Shown here: piece after piece, positions 53,755-64,000 of the stretch
Layout: every line of letters begins with the position of its first letter
Numbering within the stretch: position 1 is the stretch's first letter
Assembly: GCA_963765155.1 (NCBI GenBank)
Contig: CAVXVJ010000006.1
Coordinates: 38,638-102,637 of the forward strand
Source of the DNA: an uncultured Actinomycetota bacterium
GTDB lineage: Bacteria > Actinomycetota > Actinomycetes > Mycobacteriales > Mycobacteriaceae
Length of the DNA stretch: 64,000 nt
Reading direction: 5' to 3'
Translations under genes and position numbers: made by a program
Notes under the pieces: generated by a model
Seen by the model: the letters and a program-made list of their open reading frames with translations, nothing else
The model's database searches: none
Told to the model about the DNA's origin: nothing

Positions 53755-54405
53755 TTAGCAGGCGCCGGTGTGGATCTTCTTCAACAGCTCCGAATCCGCC
53801 GCCTGCGTGGCATCCGGGCGAAGGCTCGCAAGCACCGCGTCGATGTCGTCGCTGACGGTCAGCTCGGTGAACTCGGTGCCGATGGCCAAGTCCACGCTGT
53901 CGTCGCCTCGTTGGTCTTCGAACAGCTCGGTGCAGGGCGCGACCAGCCAGACGGCGGCCGCCGCGGCGCGCCCGGACGGCCCGAACCGGATCTGGCCCTG
54001 GCACTCCAGCCGGGCGTTCGCGTATATGGTGTCGTTCGCCGCGGCGGGTTCGGCGAAACCGAGGTCCCGCAGTTCGCCGGCCACTTCGGCCGCCTGGCCG
54101 CCCTGTCCGCTGGCGTTGAGCACCCTGATCTTGGTGTCGGCGAGCCGGGCGGGGGTCACTTCGGTCATCGTGGCGCGCGATACCTGTTCGCCGAGCGTCG
54201 GGTCGCCCGGGTTGGCCGCAGGCGGCGGCGGGTTGCAGACGGCGGCCTCCCGCACATCGGGCGGGCGGGACAGCGCGATGACCCAGACCAACATCGTCGC
54301 CACGGACAGGGCGACGAGCAGGAGAATTCCAGGCAGGAAATTACGCCGGCGGAAGGGTCGACCGTGTTTGTCGAACGCGGTGCCCTCTGTGATTTGCGCG
54401 ACCAC
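53755..54405 (-). CDS. cei: Envelope integrity protein (LytR C-terminal domain), Rv2700 orthologue
   Basis: MVAQITEGTAFD, IRVLNASG. Confidence 0.85.
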   Translation of the reverse strand: MVAQITEGTAFDKHGRPFRRRNFLPGILLLVALSVATMLVWVIALSRPPDVREAAVCNPPPPAANPGDPTLGEQVSRATMTEVTPARLADTKIRVLNASGQGGQAAEVAGELRDLGFAEPAAANDTIYANARLECQGQIRFGPSGRAAAAAVWLVAPCTELFEDQRGDDSVDLAIGTEFTELTVSDDIDAVLASLRPDATQAADSELLKKIHTGAC

Positions 54406-54570
54406 GTGTGCACTCTAAGGCCAGCGCCGCCGGGCCCTTCGAGCAGCACCAGCGGAAGTGTGACGTAAATCACAGTGGAACGCGTGTCAATACGGGCACG
54501 AATCATTAGGGGAATGCGTTCGACGCTGGTACAAAGCTCTGCTGCAAGTGTTTATGGAGGGGACATGGCT

Positions 54571-54873
54571 ATGGCTACCGATTACGACGCCCCACGGCGC
54601 ACCGAGACCGACGACGTTTCCGAGGATTCGCTGGAGGAGCTGAAGGCGCGGCGTAACGAAGCGCAGTCGGCCGTAGTTGACGTCGACGAGTCCGAGTCGG
54701 CCGAGTCCTTCGAACTACCCGGCGCCGATCTGTCCGGCGAGGAACTGTCGGTGCGTGTCATCCCGAAGCAGGCCGACGAGTTCACATGCTCGAGCTGCTT
54801 CCTGGTGCATCACCGCAGCCGGCTGGCCAGCGAGAAGAACGGCGTGATGATCTGCACCGACTGCGCGGCCTGA
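54571..54873 (+). CDS. DUF4193 protein (Rv2699c-like)
   Basis: MATDYDAPR, FTCSSCFLVHH, CTDC. Confidence 0.9.
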   Translation: MATDYDAPRRTETDDVSEDSLEELKARRNEAQSAVVDVDESESAESFELPGADLSGEELSVRVIPKQADEFTCSSCFLVHHRSRLASEKNGVMICTDCAA

Positions 54874-54877
54874 CGGG

Positions 54878-55354
54878 TCAACTGCGCAGCGCGGTGAGCA
54901 GCCGGTCGGGATGACGGCAGCTCACCAGCCAGTAGGGCGTGGGGTCGTCGGGATCGTCGAGGACGAGAAGAGCCATCGGGCCGACCCACGCCCGGTGTAC
55001 GACAAAGGCCGCCGGGTCGAGTTGGCGGCCCAGCGCCGCCGATTTGGCCGACCGGGGCACCTCGGCAGACCGCGAGACGACGCTCACCGGTAGATGCGCC
55101 GGGCCGACCCACAGCTCGGTCTCGCCAGAGCCGCTCAACACGCGCACCTCGGTCTTGCCGAACCACAGCAGCACGGTGGCGGCGACGGGCAGCAGGATGG
55201 CGAACGGCAGCCAATTGGGCAGCGCCGGCACGCCCTGGTTCACTTCGAGCGCGATCAAAGCCGCCAGCCCCAGCCCGGGCGGCCACCACCACCACGGCAC
55301 CCACAACCGTTCGCGGTAGCGCACGGTTTGCGACGTGGCGCGCGTGTCGGACAC
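54878..55354 (-). CDS. DUF3093 membrane protein (Rv2698-like)
   Basis: [24 protein letters not shown]. Confidence 0.88.
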   Translation of the reverse strand: MSDTRATSQTVRYRERLWVPWWWWPPGLGLAALIALEVNQGVPALPNWLPFAILLPVAATVLLWFGKTEVRVLSGSGETELWVGPAHLPVSVVSRSAEVPRSAKSAALGRQLDPAAFVVHRAWVGPMALLVLDDPDDPTPYWLVSCRHPDRLLTALRS

Positions 55355-55379
55355 GCGGCCAAGAGTAATCTGTGACGTC

Positions 55380-55844
55380 GTGTCCACCTCTCTGGCGGTC
55401 GTGCGCCTAGATCGCGATCTGCCGATGCCCAGCCGCGCCCACGACGGCGATGCGGGCGTCGATTTGTTCAGCGCACTCGACGTCGAGCTCGCGCCAGGCC
55501 AACGGGCGCTGGTGCCGACCGGAATCGCGGTGGCCATCCCGCACGGAATGGTGGGCCTTGTTCACCCGCGCTCGGGTTTGGCTGCCCGCGTGGGACTTTC
55601 GATCGTCAACAGCCCCGGCACCATCGACGCCGGCTACCGCGGCGAGATCAAGGTGGCGCTGATCAACCTCGACCCCGACACCCCGATCGTCGTGCACCGC
55701 GGTGACCGGATCGCCCAACTGCTGGTGCAGAGGGTCGAGCTGCCCGAGTTGGTCGAGGTGACGTCGTTCGACGAGGCCGGCCTGGCCGACACCACCCGTG
55801 GCGACGGCGGCCACGGTTCCTCCGGCGGACATGCGAGTTTGTGA
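55380..55844 (+). CDS. dut: dUTPase
   Basis: [35 protein letters not shown]. Confidence 0.96.
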   Translation: MSTSLAVVRLDRDLPMPSRAHDGDAGVDLFSALDVELAPGQRALVPTGIAVAIPHGMVGLVHPRSGLAARVGLSIVNSPGTIDAGYRGEIKVALINLDPDTPIVVHRGDRIAQLLVQRVELPELVEVTSFDEAGLADTTRGDGGHGSSGGHASL

Positions 55845-56605
55845 TGGCATTCGGTAAACGCAAGAGAAGCGACGACGACGCCCAGGACGTCACCGCTGCA
55901 GCGGCGGCGGAGAACGACGACGAACTGGACGGCCCTTTCGACATCGACGACTTCGACGACCCCGCGACGGCGGCGCTGGCCCGGCTCGATCTGGGTTCGG
56001 TCCTGATTCCGATGCCCGAGGGCGGGCAGGTGTCGGTCGAGGTGTCAGAGGCAGGCGTACCCACTGCCGTCTGGATGATGACGCCCAACGGCCGCTTCAC
56101 CATCGCCGCATACGCCGCGCCCAAGACCGCGGGCCTGTGGCGGGAGGTCGCCACCGAACTGGCCGAGTCACTGCGCAAAGACGTGGCCAAGGTCACCATC
56201 GAGGACGGCCCGTGGGGTCGTGAGGTGGTCGGCGTTGCGGCCGATCAGGGTCAGGGCGCAGGTGTGGTGCGGTTCATCGGCGTCGACGGCTTCCGCTGGA
56301 TGATCCGCTGTGTCGTCAACGGGCCGCAGGAGAACGTCGCGGCGCTGGCGGATGAGGCGCGAAAGGCATTGGCCGACACCGTGGTTCGTCGCGGTGACAC
56401 ACCGTTGCCGGTTCGCACACCCCTGCCCGTGCAGTTGCCGGAGCCCATGCAGGCGCAGTTGCAGGCGGCGGCCGAGCAGGCCGCTGCGCAGGCGCAGCAA
56501 GCCCAACAGGCCGGCCAACAGCAGCCACCGCCGCCGCAGCCCGCCGCGCGCCGCAGCGCGCAGGGGTCGGCGATGCAGCAGCTCAGAACGATCACCGGCG
56601 GGTAG
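55841..56605 (+). CDS. DUF3710 protein (Rv2696c-like)
   Basis: [22 protein letters not shown]. Confidence 0.88.
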   Translation: MMAFGKRKRSDDDAQDVTAAAAAENDDELDGPFDIDDFDDPATAALARLDLGSVLIPMPEGGQVSVEVSEAGVPTAVWMMTPNGRFTIAAYAAPKTAGLWREVATELAESLRKDVAKVTIEDGPWGREVVGVAADQGQGAGVVRFIGVDGFRWMIRCVVNGPQENVAALADEARKALADTVVRRGDTPLPVRTPLPVQLPEPMQAQLQAAAEQAAAQAQQAQQAGQQQPPPPQPAARRSAQGSAMQQLRTITGG

Positions 56606-56606
56606 C

Positions 56607-56669
56607 GATTTGTGTGCGTTGAGTTGCGCTCATCGCAATGCGCTCATCGCAACACGACGCACACAAATC
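56607..56669. repeat. REP-like palindrome between convergent genes
   Basis: GATTTGTGTGCGTTGAGTTGCG ... CGCAACACGACGCACACAAATC arms; internal GCGCTCATCGCAA twice. Confidence 0.75.
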
Positions 56670-57372
56670 ACTCGGCTGCGTCCGAGAGCGCGGCCAGGCA
56701 CGCCGCGCCCAACACCGCCGGATCGGCACCCATCTCGTCGAGCGTGACCGTGCGCAGCGCGGCCCGCGGCGCCGCCGCCGCCCACTCGATGCCGATCTCG
56801 ACCGGATGCACCGGGTCATCGGTCGCCGAAGCGATCCCCATCGGGACGGTCAGACCCTCCAGCTCGGGGCAGGTCGGCGCGACATAGCGGGCGGCCTCGT
56901 CCATGGCATCGGGCAGCGACGGCCATTGCCCGACCCACGACCGGGTCAGCTCGTCGGCCAGCCACTTCGGGCTGGAAGCTCGCATCGCCGCCGTCGCCGC
57001 CGCCAGCCCGTCGCGTCGCAGCAGATGTGCGGAGTGCCGGGCCGCCTGCGCCGCGGGCGCGGTGTCCGGTGCGCCGGTCCATGCCGGAAGCGCGGCCAGC
57101 ACCGCGACGGTGTGGCCGGGATGCGCCAGTGCCCACGTGGTGGCGACCGCGGCGCCGATGGACACCCCGCCGACCGCGATCGGCTCTGCCCGTGCGGCGT
57201 CGTCGAGTGCGTGCCGGTAGCCCTCGATGAGCCGGTCCGGCGCAGGCGCCGGGGTGACGACGACCGCGCCCACGTCGTGCAGCGCGGCGGAAAAGGCCCG
57301 GTAGACGTAGTCATCGTCGGATCCGGTGCCGGGCAGCAGAACCGTGGTGACACCGCGCAGATTGACCGCCAT
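56668..57372 (-). CDS. Alpha/beta hydrolase (Rv2695-like)
   Basis: LLPGTGSD, GVSIG, DDPVHP. Confidence 0.82.
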   Translation of the reverse strand: MAVNLRGVTTVLLPGTGSDDDYVYRAFSAALHDVGAVVVTPAPAPDRLIEGYRHALDDAARAEPIAVGGVSIGAAVATTWALAHPGHTVAVLAALPAWTGAPDTAPAAQAARHSAHLLRRDGLAAATAAMRASSPKWLADELTRSWVGQWPSLPDAMDEAARYVAPTCPELEGLTVPMGIASATDDPVHPVEIGIEWAAAAPRAALRTVTLDEMGADPAVLGAACLAALSDAAE

Positions 57373-57506
57373 CTCATGATGGTGCCCGGTCATTCAAGTG
57401 ACCGGCGCGCCGAGGTGCCCCCGCATGGCGCAACCGATCCAACAGGTCTACCCTCGCGAGGGTTGGGTGGATCCAGCGGAGGATTCGCAGAAGGTCAGGA
57501 GAGACC

Positions 57507-57878
57507 ATGGCCACGGCCGAGGGATATCTTCGCCGGCTGACTCGCCGGCTGACGGAGGACCCGGAGCAACGCGACGTCGAAGCGCTCAGCGACGAAGCCG
57601 CCAACACCGGCGCCCAGAAGGCGATCGATTGTCGGCGCGGTCAAGAAGTGACGATGGTCGGCACGCTGCGCAGCGTCGAGGCCAACGCCAAAGGCTGCGC
57701 CGGCGGCGTGAAGGCCGAACTGTTCGACGGCACTGATTCGGTGATGCTCGTCTGGCTCGGTCAGCGTCGCATTCCCGGCATCGAGTCCGGTCGGACTCTG
57801 CGGGTGCACGGCCGCGTCGGCAAGCTGGAGAACGGTTCCAAGGCCATCTACAACCCCCACTACGAGATTCAGAAGTGA
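57507..57878 (+). CDS. OB-fold nucleic-acid-binding protein (Rv2694c-like)
   Basis: LFDGTD, WLGQRRIPGI, IYNPHYE. Confidence 0.88.
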   Translation: MATAEGYLRRLTRRLTEDPEQRDVEALSDEAANTGAQKAIDCRRGQEVTMVGTLRSVEANAKGCAGGVKAELFDGTDSVMLVWLGQRRIPGIESGRTLRVHGRVGKLENGSKAIYNPHYEIQK

Positions 57879-58552
57879 GTGCCCCGGAAACCGAACCGGG
57901 GAAGCAAACCAAGGCTCACGCCGTCCTCGACCAGATGGGCGGCATCAGCGGGCTGATCTACTCCTCGCTGCCGGTCGTGGCGTTCGTTCCGGTGTCGTCG
58001 GCGTTCGGGCTGGTGCCCGCGATCGTCTCGGCGCTCGCCGTGGCGGCACTCATCCTGGTGTGGCGGCTGATCCGCCGGGACTCCATCCAGCCGGCGATCT
58101 CCGGCTTCTTCGGCGTTGGCGTGTGCGCGCTGATCGCCTACTTCGTGGGGGAGTCGAAAGGCTACTTCCTGCTTGGCATTTGGACGTCGCTGTTGTGGGC
58201 GGTGGTGTTCACGCTGTCGGTGCTGATCCGTCGTCCCGTGGTCGGCTACGTCTGGGGCTGGGTCAATTCCCATGACCGCGGCTGGCGCGACGTGCGCCGG
58301 GCCGTGCTGGCGTTCGACATCGCGACCATGTTCTGGGTAGCGGTGTTCGCCTCCCGGTTCGTCGTGCAACACCATCTTTACGACGCCGACCAGACCGGGT
58401 GGTTGGGCGTGGCCCGTATCGCGATGGGGTGGCCGTTGACGGCGGTGGCGGCGTTGGTCACCTATTTGGCCATCCGGGTCGCGCAGCGCGCGGTGCACGC
58501 GCAGCAGGCGGCGGTGAAGTCCGAGCCCGAGGACGCCGTCCAGGAAAGCTAG
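57875..58552 (+). CDS. DUF3159 membrane protein (Rv2693c-like)
   Basis: QMGGISGLIYSSLP, WLGVARIAMGWPL. Confidence 0.88.
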   Translation: MSAPETEPGKQTKAHAVLDQMGGISGLIYSSLPVVAFVPVSSAFGLVPAIVSALAVAALILVWRLIRRDSIQPAISGFFGVGVCALIAYFVGESKGYFLLGIWTSLLWAVVFTLSVLIRRPVVGYVWGWVNSHDRGWRDVRRAVLAFDIATMFWVAVFASRFVVQHHLYDADQTGWLGVARIAMGWPLTAVAALVTYLAIRVAQRAVHAQQAAVKSEPEDAVQES

Positions 58553-59992
58553 TTGACCACAGGGCGGGTTTCCGACCGGCCGCTGATCGCGGTCGCGGTG
58601 TTGGCCTCGTTCGTGGCGTTCCTTGACGGCTCGGTGGTCAACCTCGCATTACCGGCGATCGGCCGGGAGTTCGGCGGCGGCCTGGCCCTGCAGCAGTGGG
58701 TGGTGGACGGCTACCTGCTGACGCTGGGCGCGCTGATCCTGGTCGCGGGCGCCATCTCCGATCAGTTCGGCCGGCTGTCGGTGCTGCGGATGGGTCTCGT
58801 CGTCTTCGCGGTGTCGTCGGTGCTGTGCGCTGTGGCGCCCAGCGGCTGGGTGCTGGTCGCCGCCCGCTGCCTGCAGGGGGTGGGCGCGGCGTTCCTGGTG
58901 CCCAGCTCGCTGGCGATGATCAACGCCCGGTTCTCCGGCGCGGAGCAGGCGCGCGCCATCGGCACGTGGACGGCGTGGACAGGCATGGCGTTCGTGGTCG
59001 GCCCACTGTTGGGCGGTGTTCTGGTCGACCTGCTGAACTGGCGGTGGATCTTCGGGGTCAACATCGTGCCGCTGGCCGTCACGCTGTACCTGACGACCAA
59101 GCTGACGCCGCAGGAGTTCACCGGCGACCGCTCCGCGCGTGTTGACGTCGTCGGTGCCGCGCTGAACGCCGTCGGGCTCACGGGCGCGGTGTATGCGTTG
59201 ATCGAGGGCCAGCGGCTGGGGTTCTCGCATCCGGCGGTGGTGATCACCCTGGCGGTCGGTGTGCTCTGCCTGATCGCGTTCCCGTGGTGGGAGCGCCGCA
59301 CTTCGCATCCGATGATGCCGCTGGGGATCTTCGCCGCCCGCAATTTCGCCGTCGGGAACCTGGCCACCGTGTTCCTTTATGCCGCGCTGTCGCTCGGCAT
59401 CCTGATCGTCGCCCTGTTCCTGCAGGAAACGGCGGGCCTGTCGGCCACCGAGGCCGGTCTGGCCACCCTGCCGATCCCCGTGCTGTCGTTCTTCCTGGCC
59501 CGACGATTCGGCAGCCTGGCGGGGCGGCACGGGCCGCGCCTGTACATGGCGGTGGGGCCGCTGCTCGCGGCCCTCGGCTTCCTGCTGATGATGACCGCGC
59601 GTGAGCCGTTCAACTTCTGGACACAGATGCTGCCCGGGCTGGTGGTGTTCGGTGTGGGGCTGTCGGTGACGGTGTCGCCCCTGACGGCGGCGATCCTCGC
59701 CGCGGTCGACCCCGCGCAGAGCGGTATCGGGTCGGCGGTCAACAATGCGATCTCGCGGGTTGCGGGCCTGATCGCGATCGCGTTCACCGGCGTGATCATT
59801 GGCGGCGCAGTCGATTTCGACGGGTTCCGGCAGGGCGCGCTCGTGGCGGCCTGCCTACTTGCGGTGGCCGGGGCGATCTCTGCGCTGGGCATCCACAACG
59901 AGGAGTGTGACTTCAACCGTGTGACACCGGAGTCGGAGGCCGGTTGTCTCGACCGGGCGACACCGCCGCCGGCGCTGAGGTCCTCAGCGTGA
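58553..59992 (+). CDS. MFS efflux transporter (DHA2, EmrB/QacA-like)
   Basis: LDGSVVNLALP, GAISDQFGR, GPLLGG, WRWIF. Confidence 0.9.
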   Translation: MTTGRVSDRPLIAVAVLASFVAFLDGSVVNLALPAIGREFGGGLALQQWVVDGYLLTLGALILVAGAISDQFGRLSVLRMGLVVFAVSSVLCAVAPSGWVLVAARCLQGVGAAFLVPSSLAMINARFSGAEQARAIGTWTAWTGMAFVVGPLLGGVLVDLLNWRWIFGVNIVPLAVTLYLTTKLTPQEFTGDRSARVDVVGAALNAVGLTGAVYALIEGQRLGFSHPAVVITLAVGVLCLIAFPWWERRTSHPMMPLGIFAARNFAVGNLATVFLYAALSLGILIVALFLQETAGLSATEAGLATLPIPVLSFFLARRFGSLAGRHGPRLYMAVGPLLAALGFLLMMTAREPFNFWTQMLPGLVVFGVGLSVTVSPLTAAILAAVDPAQSGIGSAVNNAISRVAGLIAIAFTGVIIGGAVDFDGFRQGALVAACLLAVAGAISALGIHNEECDFNRVTPESEAGCLDRATPPPALRSSA

Positions 59993-60649
59993 CTCGGGAT
60001 GCAGGAGCAGCTCGCGCAGCTCGTCCTCGACCTCGGCAATGGCCACGAACAGCAACTCGTCGCCACCTTCCAGCGGCTCATCGGACTCAGGCACGATCAC
60101 CCGCGGGCCGCGCAGGATCGTCACCAAGGTGGCGTCGCGGGGCAACTCGAGGCGTTTGACGGGCCGCCCGCCCCACGGAGTGTCGTCGGGCAGCGTGATC
60201 TCGACGAGATTGGCCTGGCCCTGGCGGAACTCCATCAGCCGCACCAGATCACCGACGGCGACCGCTTCCTCCACCAGTGAGGCCAGCATGCGTGGCGTGG
60301 ATACCGCCACGTCGACGCCCCAGTTCTCGTCGAACAGCCACTCGTTGCGCGGATCGTTGACGCGGGCCACCACGCGCGGCACCGTGAACTCCGTCTTGGC
60401 CAGCAGGCTGACCACCACGTTGACCTTATCGTCGCCCGTGGCGGCGATCACCACGTCGAACTCTTCGAGCTTGACCGATTCGAGCAGGCTCAGTTCGCAT
60501 GCGTCACCGAGGCGCCAGTGCGCGGCGGGGATGGCGTCGACGTCGATGTGGGCGGGGTTGCGTTCGAGGAGCGTGACGTCGTGGTTGTCGACGAGCTCAC
60601 GGGCGATGGAGCGGCCGACGGCGCCGGCCCCGGCAATGGCGACCTTCAC
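59984..60649 (-). CDS. ceoC: TrkA-family K+ uptake regulatory subunit
   Basis: IAGAGAVG, ATGDDKVN. Confidence 0.9.
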   Translation of the reverse strand: MKVAIAGAGAVGRSIARELVDNHDVTLLERNPAHIDVDAIPAAHWRLGDACELSLLESVKLEEFDVVIAATGDDKVNVVVSLLAKTEFTVPRVVARVNDPRNEWLFDENWGVDVAVSTPRMLASLVEEAVAVGDLVRLMEFRQGQANLVEITLPDDTPWGGRPVKRLELPRDATLVTILRGPRVIVPESDEPLEGGDELLFVAIAEVEDELRELLLHPESR

Positions 60650-61320
60650 CGCGCCTCCACGTCCTCGCCGGGCGGCAGCGCCGCGATGGCCAGGGCTTCG
60701 GCGATGCGCCCGGCGATGGCCGCCATGTACACCTGGTCGCCGGACTGTAAGACCGTCTTCGGGTCGGGCAGCAGGCCGGCGCCGAAGCGGATCAGGAACG
60801 CCACCCGCCCGCCGGACGCGGCTTCGAGGTCGGTGACGCGGTGGCCCATCCAGTCGTCGTGCAAGGCCACCTCGGTCACGCCGACATTTCCGGTCGGGTC
60901 CCGCCACTTGGTGGTCTCGGTTTCTCGGATGAGCACGTTCAGCAGGCGGTCGGTGGTCCAGGGCACGGTGGCGACGGTCGGGATGCCGAGCCGCTCATAC
61001 ACCGCGGCGCGCTTGGCGTCGTAGATGCGGGCCACGACGCGCTCAACGCCGAATGTCTCGCGGGCCACCCGGGCCGAGATGATGTTGGAGTTGTCGCCCG
61101 ACGACACCGCCGCGAACGCGCCGGCCTCCTCGATGCCGGAGCGCAGCAGCACGTCCCGGTCGAAGCCCATGCCGAGTACTCGCTCGCCGGAGAACTCGGG
61201 CGACAGGCGGTGAAAAGCGGTGCTGTCACGGTCGATCACGGCCACGTCGTGACCGATCCGGGAAAGGCTGTCCGATAGCGATGCGCCTACCCGGCCGCAT
61301 CCCATCACCACTACACGCAC
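60646..61320 (-). CDS. ceoB: TrkA-family K+ uptake regulatory subunit
   Basis: MGCGRVG, SSGDNSN. Confidence 0.9.
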   Translation of the reverse strand: MRVVVMGCGRVGASLSDSLSRIGHDVAVIDRDSTAFHRLSPEFSGERVLGMGFDRDVLLRSGIEEAGAFAAVSSGDNSNIISARVARETFGVERVVARIYDAKRAAVYERLGIPTVATVPWTTDRLLNVLIRETETTKWRDPTGNVGVTEVALHDDWMGHRVTDLEAASGGRVAFLIRFGAGLLPDPKTVLQSGDQVYMAAIAGRIAEALAIAALPPGEDVEAR

Positions 61321-61418
61321 CTGACGGTCCTTTCCGGCCGCGGCCTAGAAAAAGCTGTCTGTGGAACCCGCACTCCGAACGCTACAGCCAATCGCTCCTG
61401 GGCCTACTCTTGGCTCTC

Positions 61419-63416
61419 GTGTCCAAGCTTTCGACCGCCGCTCGCCGGCTGGTTCTCGGCAGGCCCTTCCGTAGCGACAGGCTGCATCACCAGTTGCTGC
61501 CGAAGCGGATCGCGCTGCCGGTGTTCGCATCCGATCCGATGTCATCGGTGGCGTACGCGCCGGAGGAGATCTTCGTGGTGCTGTCGGTGGCCGGCCTGGC
61601 CGCCTACACGATGGCGCCCTGGATTGGCCTCGCGGTGTCGGTCGTACTGCTGATCGTGATCGCCAGTTATCGGCAGAACGTGCACGCCTACCCATCCGGC
61701 GGCGGCGACTACGAGGTCGTAAGTACGAACCTAGGGCCGACGCTGGGGCTGACCGTCGCCAGTGCGCTGCTGGTGGATTACATCCTGACGGTCGCGGTAT
61801 CGATTGCGTCGGCGGCGTCCAACATCGGATCGGCCGTTCCGTACGTCGCCGAGCACAAGGTGTTGTTCGCGGTCACCGCGGTCGTGCTGCTGACCGCAAT
61901 GAACCTGCGTGGCATTCGGGAATCGGGCACTGCGTTTGCGATCCCGACGTACTTATTCCTATTCGGCATGTACACGATGGTGGCCTGGGGCGTGATTCAG
62001 ATCTACGTTCTCGGCGAGCCGCTGCAAGCCGAGTCCGCTGCGTTCGAGATGCACTCAGAGCATGGCGACGTACTCGGGTTTGCGCTGGTATTCCTTGTGG
62101 CCAAGGCGTTTTCGTCGGGCTCCGCGGCGCTGACTGGTGTCGAGGCGATCAGTAACGGGGTGCCGGCGTTTCGAAAGCCGAAGTCCCGCAACGCCGCGAC
62201 CACCCTTCTGATGCTGGGCGTCATTGCGGTGTCACTGTTCATGGGCATGATCGCGCTGGCCAGGGCGACCGGCGTGCAGATCGCCGAGCGGCCTGACGAA
62301 CAGCTGGTCGGCGCGCCGCCCGGCTACGAGCAGAAGACGCTGATCGCCCAGCTGGCCGAGACGATCTTCCACGGTTTTCCGCTGGGGCTCTTCCTGATCA
62401 CCGGCGTCACCGCGCTGATCCTGGTGCTGGCCGCCAACACCGCCTTCAACGGGTTCCCGGTGCTCGGGTCGATCCTCGCGCAGGATCGCTACCTGCCGCG
62501 GCAGCTGCACACCCGCGGGGACCGGCTAGCATTCTCCAACGGCATCCTGTTCCTGGCTTTGGCCGCTATCGCGTTCATCGTCGCGTTCCGGGCCGAGGTG
62601 TCCGCGCTGATCCACCTCTACATCGTCGGGGTGTTCGTATCGTTCACGCTGAGTCAGATCGGCATGGTCCGGCACTGGACACGGTTGCTGCGCACGGAAA
62701 CTGACGGTGCCGTGCGGCGCAGGATGATGCGGTCCCGGGTGATCAACACAGTCGGGTTTATCTGCACTGGGTCGGTGCTCGTCGTCGTGGCAGCGACGAA
62801 GTTCCTTGCTGGGGCGTGGATCGCGATCGTTGCGATGGGCGGCCTCTTCATAGTCATGAAGATGATCCACAAGCATTACGACACCGTCGCCCGTGAGCTG
62901 GAGGAACAAGCGGCCGCGGAGGACGGCGACATTGTGCTACCCAGCCGCAACCACGCCGTCGTGCTGGTGTCCAAGCTGCATTTGCCAACGCTGCGGGCGC
63001 TGGCCTATGCCCGCGCCACTCGTCCCGATGTGCTGGAGGCGATCACCGTCAGCGTCGACGATGGCGAGACTCGCGAGCTGGTGCACAAGTGGGAGGACAG
63101 TGATATCACTGTGCCGCTCAAAGTGGTCGCCTCGCCGTACCGGGAGGTCACCCGTCCTGTGCTCGACTATGTCAAGCGGATCAGCAAGGAGGCTCCGCGC
63201 ACCGTTGTCACGGTGTTCATCCCGGAATACGTCGTCGGGCACTGGTGGGAGCAGGTTCTGCACAACCAGAGTGCATTGCGGCTCAAGGGCCGGCTGCTGT
63301 TCGAGCCCAATGTCATGGTGACATCTGTTCCGTGGCAATTGAGTTCGTCGGAGCGGCTGAAGACACTGCAGCCGCACGCGGCTCCGGGTGACATTCGCAG
63401 GGGCTTCCTGGAGTGA
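61419..63416 (+). CDS. APC-family permease (Rv2690c/KimA-like)
   Basis: FASDPMSSVAYAPEE, YPSGGG, LTGVEAISNGVP, VLHNQSA. Confidence 0.9.
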   Translation: MSKLSTAARRLVLGRPFRSDRLHHQLLPKRIALPVFASDPMSSVAYAPEEIFVVLSVAGLAAYTMAPWIGLAVSVVLLIVIASYRQNVHAYPSGGGDYEVVSTNLGPTLGLTVASALLVDYILTVAVSIASAASNIGSAVPYVAEHKVLFAVTAVVLLTAMNLRGIRESGTAFAIPTYLFLFGMYTMVAWGVIQIYVLGEPLQAESAAFEMHSEHGDVLGFALVFLVAKAFSSGSAALTGVEAISNGVPAFRKPKSRNAATTLLMLGVIAVSLFMGMIALARATGVQIAERPDEQLVGAPPGYEQKTLIAQLAETIFHGFPLGLFLITGVTALILVLAANTAFNGFPVLGSILAQDRYLPRQLHTRGDRLAFSNGILFLALAAIAFIVAFRAEVSALIHLYIVGVFVSFTLSQIGMVRHWTRLLRTETDGAVRRRMMRSRVINTVGFICTGSVLVVVAATKFLAGAWIAIVAMGGLFIVMKMIHKHYDTVARELEEQAAAEDGDIVLPSRNHAVVLVSKLHLPTLRALAYARATRPDVLEAITVSVDDGETRELVHKWEDSDITVPLKVVASPYREVTRPVLDYVKRISKEAPRTVVTVFIPEYVVGHWWEQVLHNQSALRLKGRLLFEPNVMVTSVPWQLSSSERLKTLQPHAAPGDIRRGFLE

Positions 63417-64000
63417 GTGAAGAGACTGTCGAACCGCCGCCGTTGCCGGCGGACCTCGAACTGACCGTTGGACCTCCGGCCAACGGCGGCAGGTGCGTGG
63501 CGCGCCACGAGGGCCGCGTGGTGTTCGTGCGGTACGCGTTGCCGGGCGAGACTGTCAAGGTGCGCGTCGTCGCCGACCACGGATCGTATTGGCACGCAGA
63601 CGTTGTCGAGGTGATCGAGCCGTCCGCGGACCGGGTCGAGTCGCTCTGCCCAATCGCGGGAGTCGACGGTGCCGGATGTTGCGATCTGGCGTTCGCCGAG
63701 CCCGACGCCGCGCGCCGGATGAAGGGCGCCGTCGTCGCCAACCAGCTGGCGAGGCTGGGCGGGTACGACTGGCGCGACGAGGACGAGGCTTCCGCCGAGC
63801 CGATTGGTGACGGCGACGCCACGGGCTGGCGGACGCGCGTGCGGCTGGACACCTCGGCGCAGGGCCGCGCGGGCTTTCACCGCTACCACAGCTCCGAGTT
63901 GGTGACCGACCTGGACTGCGCACAGTTGCCGACGGGCATGCTCGACGGATTGCAGGATTGGGTCTGGCCACCGGGAGCGCACCTGCACGTGGCGGTCGAC
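63413..64000 (+). CDS. TRAM-domain RNA methyltransferase (Rv2689c-like), runs off the window
   Basis: ANGGRCVARHEGRVVFVRYALPGE, GAGCCD; open to the window edge. Confidence 0.85.
   Translation, partial: MSEETVEPPPLPADLELTVGPPANGGRCVARHEGRVVFVRYALPGETVKVRVVADHGSYWHADVVEVIEPSADRVESLCPIAGVDGAGCCDLAFAEPDAARRMKGAVVANQLARLGGYDWRDEDEASAEPIGDGDATGWRTRVRLDTSAQGRAGFHRYHSSELVTDLDCAQLPTGMLDGLQDWVWPPGAHLHVAVD

Noticed and set aside
1-64000. tRNA or rRNA genes
   Set aside because: No cloverleaf or rRNA-like sequence recognised in the intergenic regions.

Overview
High-GC actinobacterial chromosome, almost certainly a rapidly growing Mycobacterium/Mycolicibacterium. Gene order follows the M. tuberculosis Rv2737c (recA) to Rv2689c segment: recA-recX, gluABCD, miaB, miaA-dapF-hflX, lexA-chiZ-nrdR, sthA, ideR-sigB, sigA-ppgK-suhB, dut, ceoBC. 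Accessory content: (1) a group 1h high-affinity [NiFe]-hydrogenase (hhyLS, hypAB) with gene remnants beside it, including a CbbY-like fragment; (2) a 10-gene actinobacterial gas-vesicle cluster after hflX with a SigF-like promoter; (3) a 2,351-bp element (30034-32384) with 16-bp terminal inverted repeats and a TA duplication. It carries an internally deleted IS5-family (ISL2/IS112-like) DDE transposase and a divergent, roughly 600-aa TnpB/Cas12-like RuvC nuclease. It sits inside what reconstructs as the shared CTAG stop codons of the LGFP gene and lexA and regenerates both stops. This is the best candidate for an under-described system. recA is broken by 4 extra bases at the known RecA-b intein site, inside a patch of atypical codon usage. 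Many conserved genes between about 7 and 33 kb carry 1-2 bp frameshifts, most likely sequencing or assembly indels, so frameshifts there are not called as pseudogenes. All calls rest on motif recognition and recalled synteny; no searches were run.
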